The position numbers and the translations under genes were made by a program. The notes beneath the pieces were generated by a model. The model was not told the DNA's origin. It did not search any database and was given only the letters and a program-made list of their open reading frames with translations. This document shows, piece by piece, positions 27,801-36,437 of a stretch of 46,260 nt of DNA (position 1 is the stretch's first letter; each line of letters begins with the position of its first letter). The DNA is from Candidatus Eiseniibacteriota bacterium (lineage in GTDB: Bacteria; ARS69): assembly GCA_052390515.1 (NCBI GenBank), contig JBQTGV010000093.1:1-46260 (forward strand). Direction: 5' to 3'.

Positions 27801-28001
27801 CGCCACTCCGTCCGCCGGGTGCGCCGACCACTGCAGCGGCTGCTCGAAGCCGTCGACGAGCACGGAGCCGGCATCCGCCGCGGCGGGGGCCGCCGGCGCC
27901 GCCGTCGCTCCGAGAGACAGCGCGGCGAGGATCGCCGCCGCGGCCGCCGCCGGCTCGCGGCTCGCGCCATTCCTGGACCGCCCGCCGCCGATCGCCTTCA
28001 T
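24837..28001 (-). CDS. Exported discoidin (F5/8)/CBM-like domain protein with C-terminal six-hairpin glycosidase-like domain
   Basis: ATG 28001 overlaps permease stop; N-terminal hydrophobic stretch; 'DLG......LVLDW......YVVEGSADGEAW'; 'PGTRSYARSWIRDGS', 'EHDSSGEF', 'SISHEGY....HSYWDDFF'. Confidence 0.75.
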   Translation of the reverse strand: MKAIGGGRSRNGASREPAAAAAAILAALSLGATAAPAAPAAADAGSVLVDGFEQPLQWSAHPADGVAMKLSSEPGSRGQCLRLDFRFAGGGWAIARRDAPVTLPRNWAFRFRVRGECAPNHLEFKLVDASGENVWWSVQRDFAFPREWDTVTIRKRHVTFAWGPRGGGEPSGIAAIELAVTAGQGGEGTIWVDELELVELPEVAPVTEGESFAWRTGESTGERLFAADLGTAREWGALVLDWVEGRHAADYVVEGSADGEAWDELSRVTGANGGRDWLFLPESESRHVRVRVVSPAGAGGAELAAFAVKPLAWSSSREAFFEQVAGGARRGLYPRGIRGEQPYWTVVGLDRDTHEALLGEDGALESGPSGFSVEPFLERGETLVTWADVAVEQSLLDGALPVPSVTWRGGGVDLVITAVATGEPGASQAAVRYTLRNTGREAANVTLHLAVRPFQVNPPSQALNLQGGAARIEQLSRDGRVVSVNGERKLVSLTTPTRWGASTFAAGDVVAEHLERGALPGEASVEDPFGAASGAFSFARELPAGGRADVVVRLPLSGAAAEPPLPPEGAACWFEEQLAASRAAWSSRVDRVRIELPSAAGRIAESIRAQLGWILVNRAGAAIQPGTRSYARSWIRDGSLTCSALLRLGHADPARDFLEWYAPHQYADGKIPCVVDRRGADPVPEHDSSGEFIFLVAEIWRHGRDRPLLDAMWPRVLSAADYLDRLRRERRTDEYRAPEKAEFFGILPPSISHEGYSAKPMHSYWDDFFALRGFDDAVFLAGEVGNEAERDRLAAIRDEFAADLAASVRAAMAKHGIDYVPGCADLGDFDATSTTIALSPTGAARVLPEEALRRTFERYWEYFGERRAGEPWEAYTPYELRHVGAFVRLGWRDRAAELLEFFLDDQRPAPWRQWPEVVWRDLRSPRFLGDLPHGWVGSDFLRSVLDMLAYEREDDQALVLGAGVPSSWLDPPGVRVTGLRTRWGALDFTMSLDESEAVVVQISGEITVPPGGLVLSLPLDPAVRRATVNGRPAERTASGDVVVRGLPAVVVFAH

Positions 28002-28819
28002 CCCTTCACGCTCCCCGCCAGGATGCCGCGCACGTAGGCGCGCTGGAAGGCGAGGAAGACCAGCACCGGCGGCAGCACGGTCACCACCGCACCGGCCATC
28101 ATCAGCTCCGTGTCTTGGACGTGCTCCCCGGAGAGGCTCCCCAGCGCCACCGGCAGCGTGTGCTTCGCGCTGTCGGTCAGGATGATGAGCGGCCACAGGA
28201 AGTCGTTCCATGCCGCGAGGAACGTGTACGTGGCCAGCGTGAACAGGATGGGCCGGATCACCGGGACGACGACCTGCCAGAAGATCCGACCTTCGCCGGC
28301 ACCGTCGACGCGCGCCGCGTCCAGCAGGTCGTCGGTGATGCCGAGCGCGTACTGGCGCACCAGGAAGATGCCGAACACGCTGCCGAGATACGGCAGCACC
28401 ACGCCGGCGTAGGTGTTCACCAGGCCGAGCTCTCGCAGCAGCAGGAAGAGCGGCAGCATCCCCACCTGCGCCGGGATCACCAGCGCCGCGGTCAGCCCGG
28501 CGAAGACACGGTCGCGACCGCGGAAGCGCAGCTTCGCGAAGGCGTATCCGGCCAGGCCGCAGACGAGGACCGACCCGATCGTCGCGGCGACGGCCACGAG
28601 CGCGCTGTTGAGAAAGCTCCGCGTCAGATCGAGCCGGGTGAACAGCGCCACATAGTGCTCGAGCGTCGGCCGCGAGGGGAGGAGCGGCGGCGGGACCGTG
28701 TTGGCCTCCCCGGCCGGCATCATCGAGGCCGAGATCATCCAGCCGGTGGGCGCCAGGGTGAGGACCGCGCCCGCGGCGAGAACGAGGTGCAGCAACGAAG
28801 CCCGTGCGGAGAGCGTCAT
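27998..28819 (-). CDS. Carbohydrate ABC transporter permease (MalG-like)
   Basis: 'FLNSALVA', 'AGYAFAKLRFRGR', EAA-like 'DAARVDGA', 'AWNDFLWPL'. Confidence 0.93.
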   Translation of the reverse strand: MTLSARASLLHLVLAAGAVLTLAPTGWMISASMMPAGEANTVPPPLLPSRPTLEHYVALFTRLDLTRSFLNSALVAVAATIGSVLVCGLAGYAFAKLRFRGRDRVFAGLTAALVIPAQVGMLPLFLLLRELGLVNTYAGVVLPYLGSVFGIFLVRQYALGITDDLLDAARVDGAGEGRIFWQVVVPVIRPILFTLATYTFLAAWNDFLWPLIILTDSAKHTLPVALGSLSGEHVQDTELMMAGAVVTVLPPVLVFLAFQRAYVRGILAGSVKG

Positions 28820-29706
28820 GTCGAGCTCCGCCGCGCGCGCGCCAGCACCAGCGTTCCGGCGAGCGTGACGAGCAGCAGCAGCACCGCGATGGTCGCCGCG
28901 GTTCCCATACGCCACCAGCGGAACCCTTCCTCGTACATGAGCAGCATGATGGTGCGCGTGCTCCCCAGCGGGCCGCCCTGGGTCATCACGTACGGCTCGG
29001 CGAAGATCTGAAAGTAGCCGATCATCGTGGTCACGGCGACGAACACGAAGACCGGCGCGAGGCCGGGCAGGGTCACGTGTCGGAAGCGGCGGAGGCGCCC
29101 GGCCCCGTCGACCGCGGCCGCCTCGTACAGCTCGACCGGGATGGAGTGCAGTCCGGCGATGAAGATCAGCATGTTGTAGCCGAAGCTCTTCCACGCCGCG
29201 AGCAGGATGATCCCCGGCATCGACCAGCGCGGATCGCCGAGCCAGTCCACCGGGCCGAGGCCGGCGATTTCCAGCGCGTGATTCAGCAACCCGTAGCGCG
29301 GATGGTACAGGTACCGCCACACGATCGCGACGCCGACGAGCGTGGTCACCACCGGCGTGAAGTACACCGTGCGGAAGAGCCCGCGCCAGCGCACCGTGCG
29401 GTCGACGAGCAGCAGCGCCGTGGCCAGCGAGACAGCCACGGAGAGCGGCCCGCCCACCGTCACGAAGTAGAGCGTGTTGCGCAGCGCTCCCCAGAAGGAG
29501 GGATCCGAGACCGCCCGTGAGTAATTTGCCAACCCGACGAAGCGCGCGGTGGACGGGTCGCCGATCGCGTAGATGTCGAAGTCGGTGAGGGAGAGCAGCA
29601 CGCCGGCGACGACGGGAACGAGGAAGAAGAAGCCGATGAGCAGCAGGGCCGGCGCGAGAAAGATCCACGCCGCCCGCGCTTCCCGGCGCTCCGCCGATGC
29701 GCTCAT
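28816..29706 (-). CDS. Carbohydrate ABC transporter permease (MalF-like)
   Basis: 'FVGLANY', 'ALRNTLYF', 'ELYEAAAVDGA', 'YVMTQGGP'. Confidence 0.93.
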   Translation of the reverse strand: MSASAERREARAAWIFLAPALLLIGFFFLVPVVAGVLLSLTDFDIYAIGDPSTARFVGLANYSRAVSDPSFWGALRNTLYFVTVGGPLSVAVSLATALLLVDRTVRWRGLFRTVYFTPVVTTLVGVAIVWRYLYHPRYGLLNHALEIAGLGPVDWLGDPRWSMPGIILLAAWKSFGYNMLIFIAGLHSIPVELYEAAAVDGAGRLRRFRHVTLPGLAPVFVFVAVTTMIGYFQIFAEPYVMTQGGPLGSTRTIMLLMYEEGFRWWRMGTAATIAVLLLLVTLAGTLVLARARRSST

Positions 29707-31010
29707 CGGGCCTCCGCATCCGGCCCGGCGCCGCGACGCTGCAGCAGCCAGCGGCGCTTCGCCAGGATGCGCTCCGCGTCGCCGTCCAGGAGCGCGAGCG
29801 CCTGCTCCGTGGGGACTCCTCCGCGGACGGCCTGGTCCGAGCGCTCCAGCACCGCGGTGGCGATCTGCTCCCACTCCGGCACCTTGGGCATGGGCACGGT
29901 GCGCTCGAGCTGCACGCGGAAGGCCAGGGCCTGCTCGTCCCCGGCGAGCGCGGAGTCGGCCCAGGCGCTCTGTCGCGCGGGGAGATCGCCGCTCATCCGG
30001 TAGAAACGAACCTGCTGTTCGGGCCGCGACAGGAACTCCACCAGCCTCCAGGCGAGGTCGCCCTGGCGCGTTCCCCGGAACACCACCAGGCTCGAGCCCC
30101 CGGCCAGCGACACGCCAGGCGTGGACTCGTCCGGACCAGGGAGCGGAGCGGTCGCCCAGGCGGATTGCAGGTCCTCGGGCAGCCGGCGCCGGAACTCGCC
30201 GAGGTTCCACGGGCCGGTGACGTACATGGCGAAGGTGCCGCGCGCGAACTCCTGGTACAGGTTGGCGATGTCGTTGTTCCCGACCGCAGGAGCCAGCCCG
30301 TCACGGTAGAGGCCGAGATACCACTCGAACGCGCGGCGGAAGGGCGGCTCGCGGAAGGCGCCGCGCGTGCCGTCGGAATCGAGCAACGTCGACCCGGCCT
30401 GCAGGCCGAGGATCACGATCTGGGTCCACTCGTTGACCGGCAGGAAGACTCCGTACCGATCGAGACCTTCGTTCGCCTTCACCGCCTCCATCGCCCGCCT
30501 CCAGCCGTCCCAGGTGGATGGCGGAGCGGTCCACCCGGCGCGCGCCAGCAGGTCCTTGCGGTAGAAGAGCACGCGCGTGTCCACGTACCACGGCACGCCC
30601 CAGAGCGTGCCGTCGACGACGTTCGTGTCCCAGATGCCGGCGAAGTAGTCGGCCGCGTCCACCGTGGTGGAGCCGCGCACGCGCTCGTCCAGCGGCTCGA
30701 GCGCCTGAAGCGCCACGAACTCCGGCACCCACGTGTTGCCAAGCTGCGCGACGTCCGGAGTGCTGCGCCCCACGTACGCGGTGAGCAGCTTCTCGTGCGC
30801 CGCCGACCACGGGATCTGCTGCACTTCGACACGCACGCCGGGGTTCTCGGCCTCGAAATCTCGGGTGAGCTCCTGAACGAGTTCGCCCTCGCGGCCGAGA
30901 GCCCAGAGGCGCAGCGTGACCCTCGCCCTCTCTTCGCCTCCGGCGCACGCGGTGAACGCCGACACGACCACGAGCGCAAGGAGACCGAGAACCCGGCGGC
31001 AGGGACTCAC
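29703..31010 (-). CDS. Sugar ABC transporter substrate-binding lipoprotein
   Basis: GTG 31010 overlaps GH144 stop; lipobox FTAC; 'FEAENPGVRV', 'PDVAQLG', 'GVPWYVDTRVLFYRKDLL'. Confidence 0.9.
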   Translation of the reverse strand: MSPCRRVLGLLALVVVSAFTACAGGEERARVTLRLWALGREGELVQELTRDFEAENPGVRVEVQQIPWSAAHEKLLTAYVGRSTPDVAQLGNTWVPEFVALQALEPLDERVRGSTTVDAADYFAGIWDTNVVDGTLWGVPWYVDTRVLFYRKDLLARAGWTAPPSTWDGWRRAMEAVKANEGLDRYGVFLPVNEWTQIVILGLQAGSTLLDSDGTRGAFREPPFRRAFEWYLGLYRDGLAPAVGNNDIANLYQEFARGTFAMYVTGPWNLGEFRRRLPEDLQSAWATAPLPGPDESTPGVSLAGGSSLVVFRGTRQGDLAWRLVEFLSRPEQQVRFYRMSGDLPARQSAWADSALAGDEQALAFRVQLERTVPMPKVPEWEQIATAVLERSDQAVRGGVPTEQALALLDGDAERILAKRRWLLQRRGAGPDAEAR

Positions 31011-32524
31011 GGCTCCGCCGGAATCGAATCCAGCCAGCCGCCGCTGAATCCAGCCCGGCGCAGCCCGCGGACGAGGTGTGGATTGCCGCGCATGGTCCGC
31101 CAGATCAGTCCGCTCTCGTGGTTCTCGATCATCGCCAGGATGGGCCCTTGATCGATCCCCAGCCAATCCGTGTCGAACCAGCCCAGCTCGGGATCGACGT
31201 GCCCGTGCTGCACCGGGACGTCCAGCGTGAACGTCGGGTTCAGCGCGTCGAGGAAGCCGTAGGTGGAGAAGATGTTCTCGCCGTACGTCCGGACCATGAA
31301 CTCGAGCGCCGGCACGACCAGGTGCGGCACGAAGGCGATCGACGCGGCGCACGCCGACGGACAGATGGTGCCGTCGTCGTCTGCCTCCACGAGGGTCGTA
31401 CCGTCGTTCGCAACCACGTGGCAAGCGCCGCGTGCCCAGTACGTGTGGAACTCGCGCTGCCGGCCGGCGATCTCGAAGCGACCCTCCACCGGACCGTCGC
31501 AGGCGGTGAGCCCCCAGAGGAGCGGGCCGTAGCCGGCCCAGCCGCCCGGATTCGCCACGACGTAGGCATGCTGTGTGCGCGCCGCCCGCCGCGAGTTCTC
31601 GAAGTAGTCGATGCCCCGCGCCCGAGTGGAGTCGTCCTGGATCCCGCGGAAGTCGACCCACACGTGCGAGTACTGATGGCCGAACAGCGGCCCGAACACG
31701 AAGTGCTCTTCGCCGGGGGTGCCACCCCAGCGGTAAGTCGACGTCCACGCCGCCCAGGCCTCGGGCTCCACCGGATGCGTGGGCGAGCCGAGCGCGAGCA
31801 GGTAGAGGATCATCGCCTCGTTGTATCCGCGCCAGTCCCACGGCAGGAACCCCTCCTCGGGGGTCCACCCGTGCGAGATGGCCGGCGGACGCACCGTCGC
31901 CCAGCGCCAGTCGACGCGCGCGTAGAGCGAGTCGGCGAGCGCGCACACGCTCGCCTCCTCGGTATCGCCCCGATCGAAGTACGACGCGCAGAACTGCGCC
32001 CCGGCCACGAGCAGCGCGGTGTCCACGGTGGAGAGCTCGACGTCGCGGAAGCGCTTGCCGGTGTCCGCCTCCAGGAAGTGATAGAAGAAGCCGTGCCATC
32101 CGGTGGCGCCTTCCGTCGAGTCCTGCGGGGCGTCGAGCAGGAAGCGCAGGGTCGTGAGCACGCGGTCCCGTGCCTCCGCGCGCGTGACCCAGCCGCGCTC
32201 CGCCCCGATCGGGTAGGCTGTCAGGGCGAAGCCCGTCGCCGCCACGCTGGCGAACGAACGCGTGGGGAACCGATCCGGGGTCAGTCCGGTGCGCTCGTGA
32301 CTCAGGTCCCAGAAGTAGCGAAAGGTCCGCTCCGCGGTGGCGTCGAGCAGGCCGTTCTCGTCGAGCGCGGGAAGGGGAACCGGCTCCGCAGCGTGGGCTT
32401 CGGGCTCCGACTGCCGATGAAAGATGCATCCGGCCCAGGTCACGGCGAGCGCAGCGAGCGCCGTGAGCACCGCGCACGAAGCGCCGCCGGCGAGCCGCGA
32501 GCCCACGTCGCGCGTCTCCATCAT
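31007..32524 (-). CDS. GH144-like putative beta-1,2-glucanase, lipoprotein
   Basis: Lipobox-like TWAGC; 'GFFYHFL', 'ELSTVDTALL', 'YNEAMILYLLALGSPTHP', 'PLFGHQYSH', 'LGIDQGPILAMIEN'. Confidence 0.87.
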   Translation of the reverse strand: MMETRDVGSRLAGGASCAVLTALAALAVTWAGCIFHRQSEPEAHAAEPVPLPALDENGLLDATAERTFRYFWDLSHERTGLTPDRFPTRSFASVAATGFALTAYPIGAERGWVTRAEARDRVLTTLRFLLDAPQDSTEGATGWHGFFYHFLEADTGKRFRDVELSTVDTALLVAGAQFCASYFDRGDTEEASVCALADSLYARVDWRWATVRPPAISHGWTPEEGFLPWDWRGYNEAMILYLLALGSPTHPVEPEAWAAWTSTYRWGGTPGEEHFVFGPLFGHQYSHVWVDFRGIQDDSTRARGIDYFENSRRAARTQHAYVVANPGGWAGYGPLLWGLTACDGPVEGRFEIAGRQREFHTYWARGACHVVANDGTTLVEADDDGTICPSACAASIAFVPHLVVPALEFMVRTYGENIFSTYGFLDALNPTFTLDVPVQHGHVDPELGWFDTDWLGIDQGPILAMIENHESGLIWRTMRGNPHLVRGLRRAGFSGGWLDSIPAEP

Positions 32525-32571
32525 CGCGCCATCATATGCCCCGGAACATCCGGAGGGAACGGCTTCGTCGG

Positions 32572-33423
32572 ATGACCCCGCGCGCGCTCCACCGTCCTTC
32601 GATCCTGCTGCGGGTGCTGCTGTACCTCGCGGTGATCCTCGCGCTGTGGCGCGCTCTGCCGCGCGGCTCCGAGTCGCCGGGCGACGAGCTGCGTCTCACG
32701 GTCGCCGGCGCGGATCTCGCGCCGGAGCTCGTGCGGACGCTGGCGGAGCGCTACGCGGCCGACTACCCCGGTCTGGAGATCACGCGCGAGGGCGGCGGCA
32801 CGCGACACGCGCTCGAGCGGATGGTGAACGGGCGGGCCGACGTCGGCTTCACCTGCCGGCGCCCGAGCGGCGAGGAGCAGGAGCTGTTCCGGGAAGCGCT
32901 CGGCGACACGCTGCTGTCCTTCCCGGTCGCGGTGGGTGCGCTTCTCCTGCTCCGCGCCGAAGCGCTCCCGGCGATCGGCCCCGACGAGCTGCGCGCGTTC
33001 CTGCGCGGGGAAATGGCGCCGGTCGTTGCCGCGTTCGATCGACTCTACGCGGCGGATCCCAATCTCGGAACGTGGCAGGTGCTCTGCGACATGCTGGAGG
33101 TGCCCGCGACGGAGAGTCCCGGCGCGCGGGTCGTCTTCGTCGCCGACGACCCGGCGGTGTCGCGGGCGGTGAGCGCGGAGGCGCGCTCGGTCGGGATCGT
33201 CTCCTCGTTCGCCGGCGGAGCCCCATCCGGCTGGACCGCCGCGGAGATCGGCCAGGAGCAGCTCTTCGCCTGTTGCCTATCGGGCGCACGGCACCACGCG
33301 GCGATGTTCGTGACGCACGTCACCAGCCCCCGCGGTCAACGTCAGATCGAGGACGCCGGGTTCCGCCCCGCGCAGCCGATCCTCCGCGAGGTGTACTTGA
33401 CTCGGCGTCCCGTGGGGCAGTAG
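32572..33423 (+). CDS. Membrane-anchored PstS/PBP-like substrate-binding domain protein
   Basis: N-terminal TM; 'LTVAGAD.APEL...LAERY...YP......GGGT..AL......ADVGF..R'. Confidence 0.6.
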   Translation: MTPRALHRPSILLRVLLYLAVILALWRALPRGSESPGDELRLTVAGADLAPELVRTLAERYAADYPGLEITREGGGTRHALERMVNGRADVGFTCRRPSGEEQELFREALGDTLLSFPVAVGALLLLRAEALPAIGPDELRAFLRGEMAPVVAAFDRLYAADPNLGTWQVLCDMLEVPATESPGARVVFVADDPAVSRAVSAEARSVGIVSSFAGGAPSGWTAAEIGQEQLFACCLSGARHHAAMFVTHVTSPRGQRQIEDAGFRPAQPILREVYLTRRPVGQ

Positions 33424-33431
33424 CTAGGAAG

Positions 33432-35231
33432 GTGATCACGAAGCTCGCGCTCCTCGGCTTCCTGCTGGTCCTCGTTCCGCCGCTCGCCGCGGCACCGCGG
33501 AGCTACGGCCTCGACGAGGATCCGGTTCGCCTCGGTCAGAAGGCGCTCGACGAGGGGCAGCTCGACGAGGCACGCGCGCACTTCCAGAAGGCGGCGGACG
33601 AGGGATACAAGGTCGAGCGCGCCACCCGGGGCCTCGCCGAGGTGGCCGTCCGCGCGGGGTCGTGGGCGGAGGCGGAGTCGTTCTACCGCGCGTCCATCGC
33701 GGCGCGTCCGCTCGCCGAGGCGCGCGCCGGTCTCGGTCTGCTGCTCCTGCGGCTGGCGCGCCGCGACGAGGCCGAGGCGGAGCTGGACCGCGCGCTCGCG
33801 GAGAAGCCCGGGCTGTGGGAAGCCGAGTACGGTCGCGCGCTCCTCTTGCTGGAGCGGGGCCGGACGCAAGAGGCGCGTGAGCTGCTCGCCTCGGGGCGGG
33901 AGCGACGCGGCGCGGCCGAGGGCGAGGATCTCTATCGTCATGGCATGGCGCTCGTGCTCGCCGCCGAGGGCGACCTCGCCGGAGCGGAGACGGAAGCGCT
34001 CGGCGCGCTCTCCCTCGACCCCGCCGACGCGCGCTACGCCGTGCTCGTCGCCGATCTGAGCACGCAGCGGGGCGTGCCTGCTCTCGCCATCGACGCGTGG
34101 GAGCAAGCGCTGCACGCACCCGGTGTCGTCCACACCCCGCCGATGCTCGAGGAACTGGCAGCGCTCTACCGCAGGGTCGGCCGCTTCCAGGACGCGCGGG
34201 ACCGCCTGCTGCAGGCCGTCGAACTGGACTCGACCTACGCGCCGGCGCTGCGCGAGCTCGCCGATCTCTTCGCCGCCGCGAAGCAGCACGACCGCGCCGC
34301 GGGGACGTGGCTCCGCTACGTACAGCTCCGCCCCGACGACGTCGACGCGCAGCTCGGCCTCGCCGCGTCGTGCGCGGAGATCGGGAACCACACGCAGGCG
34401 CTGGCCGCGGCGCGTACCGCCATGGCCCTGGACAGCACGCGCGCCGACGTGCGCTTCGCCCTGTTCCGCGCGGGGATCCGCAGCCCGGACGCGGCGGCGA
34501 GGGAGGAGGCGGCCCGCCTCTACGTCGCGCTGCCACCGGATGCGGGCTTCGACGCGAAGGACCTGGTCGCGCTGGCAGCCTGGCAGCGGGAGGCGAAGCA
34601 GTGGGACACCGCCCGCGAGGCGCTGGCGCGCGCGCACGCCCTCACACCGGAAGAGCCGGACGTGCCTTTCGAGCTCGGCATGCTGGAGCTCGCCGCGGGT
34701 CGGCCGGACAGCGCCGCGGTGAGCTTCGAACGCGCCGTCGCCCTCCGCGGCGATGCGCCTCACTTCCTCGTGAACCTCGGGATAGCGCGGCTACGCGCCG
34801 GGCAGAACGCGCCGGCCGTGTCCGCGTTCCGCGCCGGGCTCGCGCTGAATCCGGAGCACGTCTACGGACGGCTGCTGCTCGCGCAGGCGCTCGCGGTCAG
34901 CGACTCGATCCAGGCCGCCGAGAGCGAGTATCGCAACGTGCTGGAGCGCGAGCCGCAGAACGCCGGCGCCCTGCGCGGCCTCGGCTTCTGCCAGATCCGG
35001 CAGGGGCGCTACGCCGACGCCGCCGACACGTACGCCGCCGCCACACGCGCCGAGCCGGGCAACGCGGAGGCGTGGGTGGGAAAGGGCAACGCGCTGCTCG
35101 GCCTGGGAGATCTGGCCGGCGCGGAACAGGCGTTCGAGCACGCGAGGAAGATCGAACCGGAGAACCGTTCGCTGCGGAAGGGGCTGGAGCTTCTGCAGCA
35201 GGCGAAGGAGAGCGGCGCCGGGAGCGGCTGA
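33432..35231 (+). CDS. Exported tetratricopeptide-repeat protein
   Basis: GTG 33432, signal peptide, many TPR-like repeats ('ALELDP/ALRP..A...LG'). Confidence 0.85.
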   Translation: MITKLALLGFLLVLVPPLAAAPRSYGLDEDPVRLGQKALDEGQLDEARAHFQKAADEGYKVERATRGLAEVAVRAGSWAEAESFYRASIAARPLAEARAGLGLLLLRLARRDEAEAELDRALAEKPGLWEAEYGRALLLLERGRTQEARELLASGRERRGAAEGEDLYRHGMALVLAAEGDLAGAETEALGALSLDPADARYAVLVADLSTQRGVPALAIDAWEQALHAPGVVHTPPMLEELAALYRRVGRFQDARDRLLQAVELDSTYAPALRELADLFAAAKQHDRAAGTWLRYVQLRPDDVDAQLGLAASCAEIGNHTQALAAARTAMALDSTRADVRFALFRAGIRSPDAAAREEAARLYVALPPDAGFDAKDLVALAAWQREAKQWDTAREALARAHALTPEEPDVPFELGMLELAAGRPDSAAVSFERAVALRGDAPHFLVNLGIARLRAGQNAPAVSAFRAGLALNPEHVYGRLLLAQALAVSDSIQAAESEYRNVLEREPQNAGALRGLGFCQIRQGRYADAADTYAAATRAEPGNAEAWVGKGNALLGLGDLAGAEQAFEHARKIEPENRSLRKGLELLQQAKESGAGSG

Positions 35232-35276
35232 CCTTCGCCGCGTCCGGACGAACCCGAACCGCACAGGAGAGCCGGA

Positions 35277-35999
35277 ATGGAACTGCTGAAGAGGTACTTC
35301 CTCGTCCCCGTCGTCATCGCGTCGGTGGTGGTGTCCTGGTTCCTGTGGGCGCGGTCGCCCGACTACATCCGGCAGGCCGGCCCTCTCCTCGTCCTCGGGC
35401 TCACCTGTCTGTTCCTCGTGCTGACGTTCTGCGTGGAGCGTCTCGTCGTGCTGGGGCGGGCGGGCGGGCGCGGCAGCGGCCCCTCGTTCGTCCGGAACCT
35501 CAAGGAGGCCCTGCGCGGCGGCGAGATCGCCGCGGCCATCGAGGCCTGCAAGCGTCAGGGCGGCTCCCTGGGCAACGTCGTCGGCGCCGGCCTGCAGCGG
35601 TACCACAAGCTCACCGGGCAGGGGCGCGGCAAGGACGAGGTGCTGGCCGAGACGCGACGCGCGCTCGTCGAGGCCAGCTCGTTCGAGACGCCGCACCTCG
35701 AGCGCAACCTGAGCGCCCTCTCCACGCTGGCCTCCAGCGCCACGCTGATCGGACTGCTGGGCACGACGATCGGCATGATCCGCTCCTTCCGCGCGATGTC
35801 CCGTGCCGGCGCCCCGGACGCCACGCAGCTCGCCCTCGGCATCTCCGAGGCGCTCGTGAACACGGCCCTCGGCCTCGTCACCGCCATCCTCGGCACCTGG
35901 CTCTTCAACTACTTCTCCACGCGCGTGGACCGATTCAACGGACGCATGGAAGAGACCGCGTACGAGGTGCTGCAGACGCTGGAAGACGAGAGCGCCTGA
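35277..35999 (+). CDS. exbB: MotA/TolQ/ExbB proton-channel protein
   Basis: 'LSTLASSATLIGLLGTTIGMIRSF', 'GISEALVNTALGL'. Confidence 0.9.
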   Translation: MELLKRYFLVPVVIASVVVSWFLWARSPDYIRQAGPLLVLGLTCLFLVLTFCVERLVVLGRAGGRGSGPSFVRNLKEALRGGEIAAAIEACKRQGGSLGNVVGAGLQRYHKLTGQGRGKDEVLAETRRALVEASSFETPHLERNLSALSTLASSATLIGLLGTTIGMIRSFRAMSRAGAPDATQLALGISEALVNTALGLVTAILGTWLFNYFSTRVDRFNGRMEETAYEVLQTLEDESA

Positions 36000-36002
36000 G
36001 TC

Positions 36003-36437
36003 GTGGCGACGAATCGCGGCGGCGTTCGCATCGACATGACCCCGATGGTGGACGTCGCTTTCCTGCTGCTGATCTTCTTCATGTCCACGACGCAGTTCCG
36101 CCCGCCGGAGCAGGCCGCGGTCGAGCTGCCGGAGTCGACCTCCGAGATCCACGTGCCGGAGACGAACACGATCCTCCTCACGGTCACCGAGGGCGGCCAG
36201 ATCTTCATCTCCAGCGAGCGGGTCGGCGACGCCGAGGAGGTCGCGCCGCACGAGGTGGTGAACGCCGTCGTGACCTGGCGCAGTCGGAATCCCGCGGCGG
36301 TCGTCGTCCTGAAAGGCGACAAGGACGCGTCGTTCGGCGTGGTGGCCGACGTGATGAACGCGCTGGTGGACGCGAAGGCGCCGCGCTTCAACCTGATGAC
36401 CGACCCGAAGCGAAGAGAGCCGGAGGAGCCGCGATAG
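36003..36437 (+). CDS. exbD: ExbD/TolR biopolymer transport protein
   Basis: 'IDMTPMVDVAFLLLIFFM', 'LKGDKDA.FG.V..VM'. Confidence 0.92.
   Translation: MATNRGGVRIDMTPMVDVAFLLLIFFMSTTQFRPPEQAAVELPESTSEIHVPETNTILLTVTEGGQIFISSERVGDAEEVAPHEVVNAVVTWRSRNPAAVVVLKGDKDASFGVVADVMNALVDAKAPRFNLMTDPKRREPEEPR

Noticed and set aside
29703-32477. Apparent long fusion ORFs (924 aa here; also 7123-9051, 16700-19165, 22697-24799, 32424-35231, 34097-36922, 38130-39974)
   Set aside because: The N-terminal extensions are off-frame read-through of upstream genes. True starts sit at ATGA/GTGA overlaps or RBS-supported codons, so no frameshift or fusion is needed.
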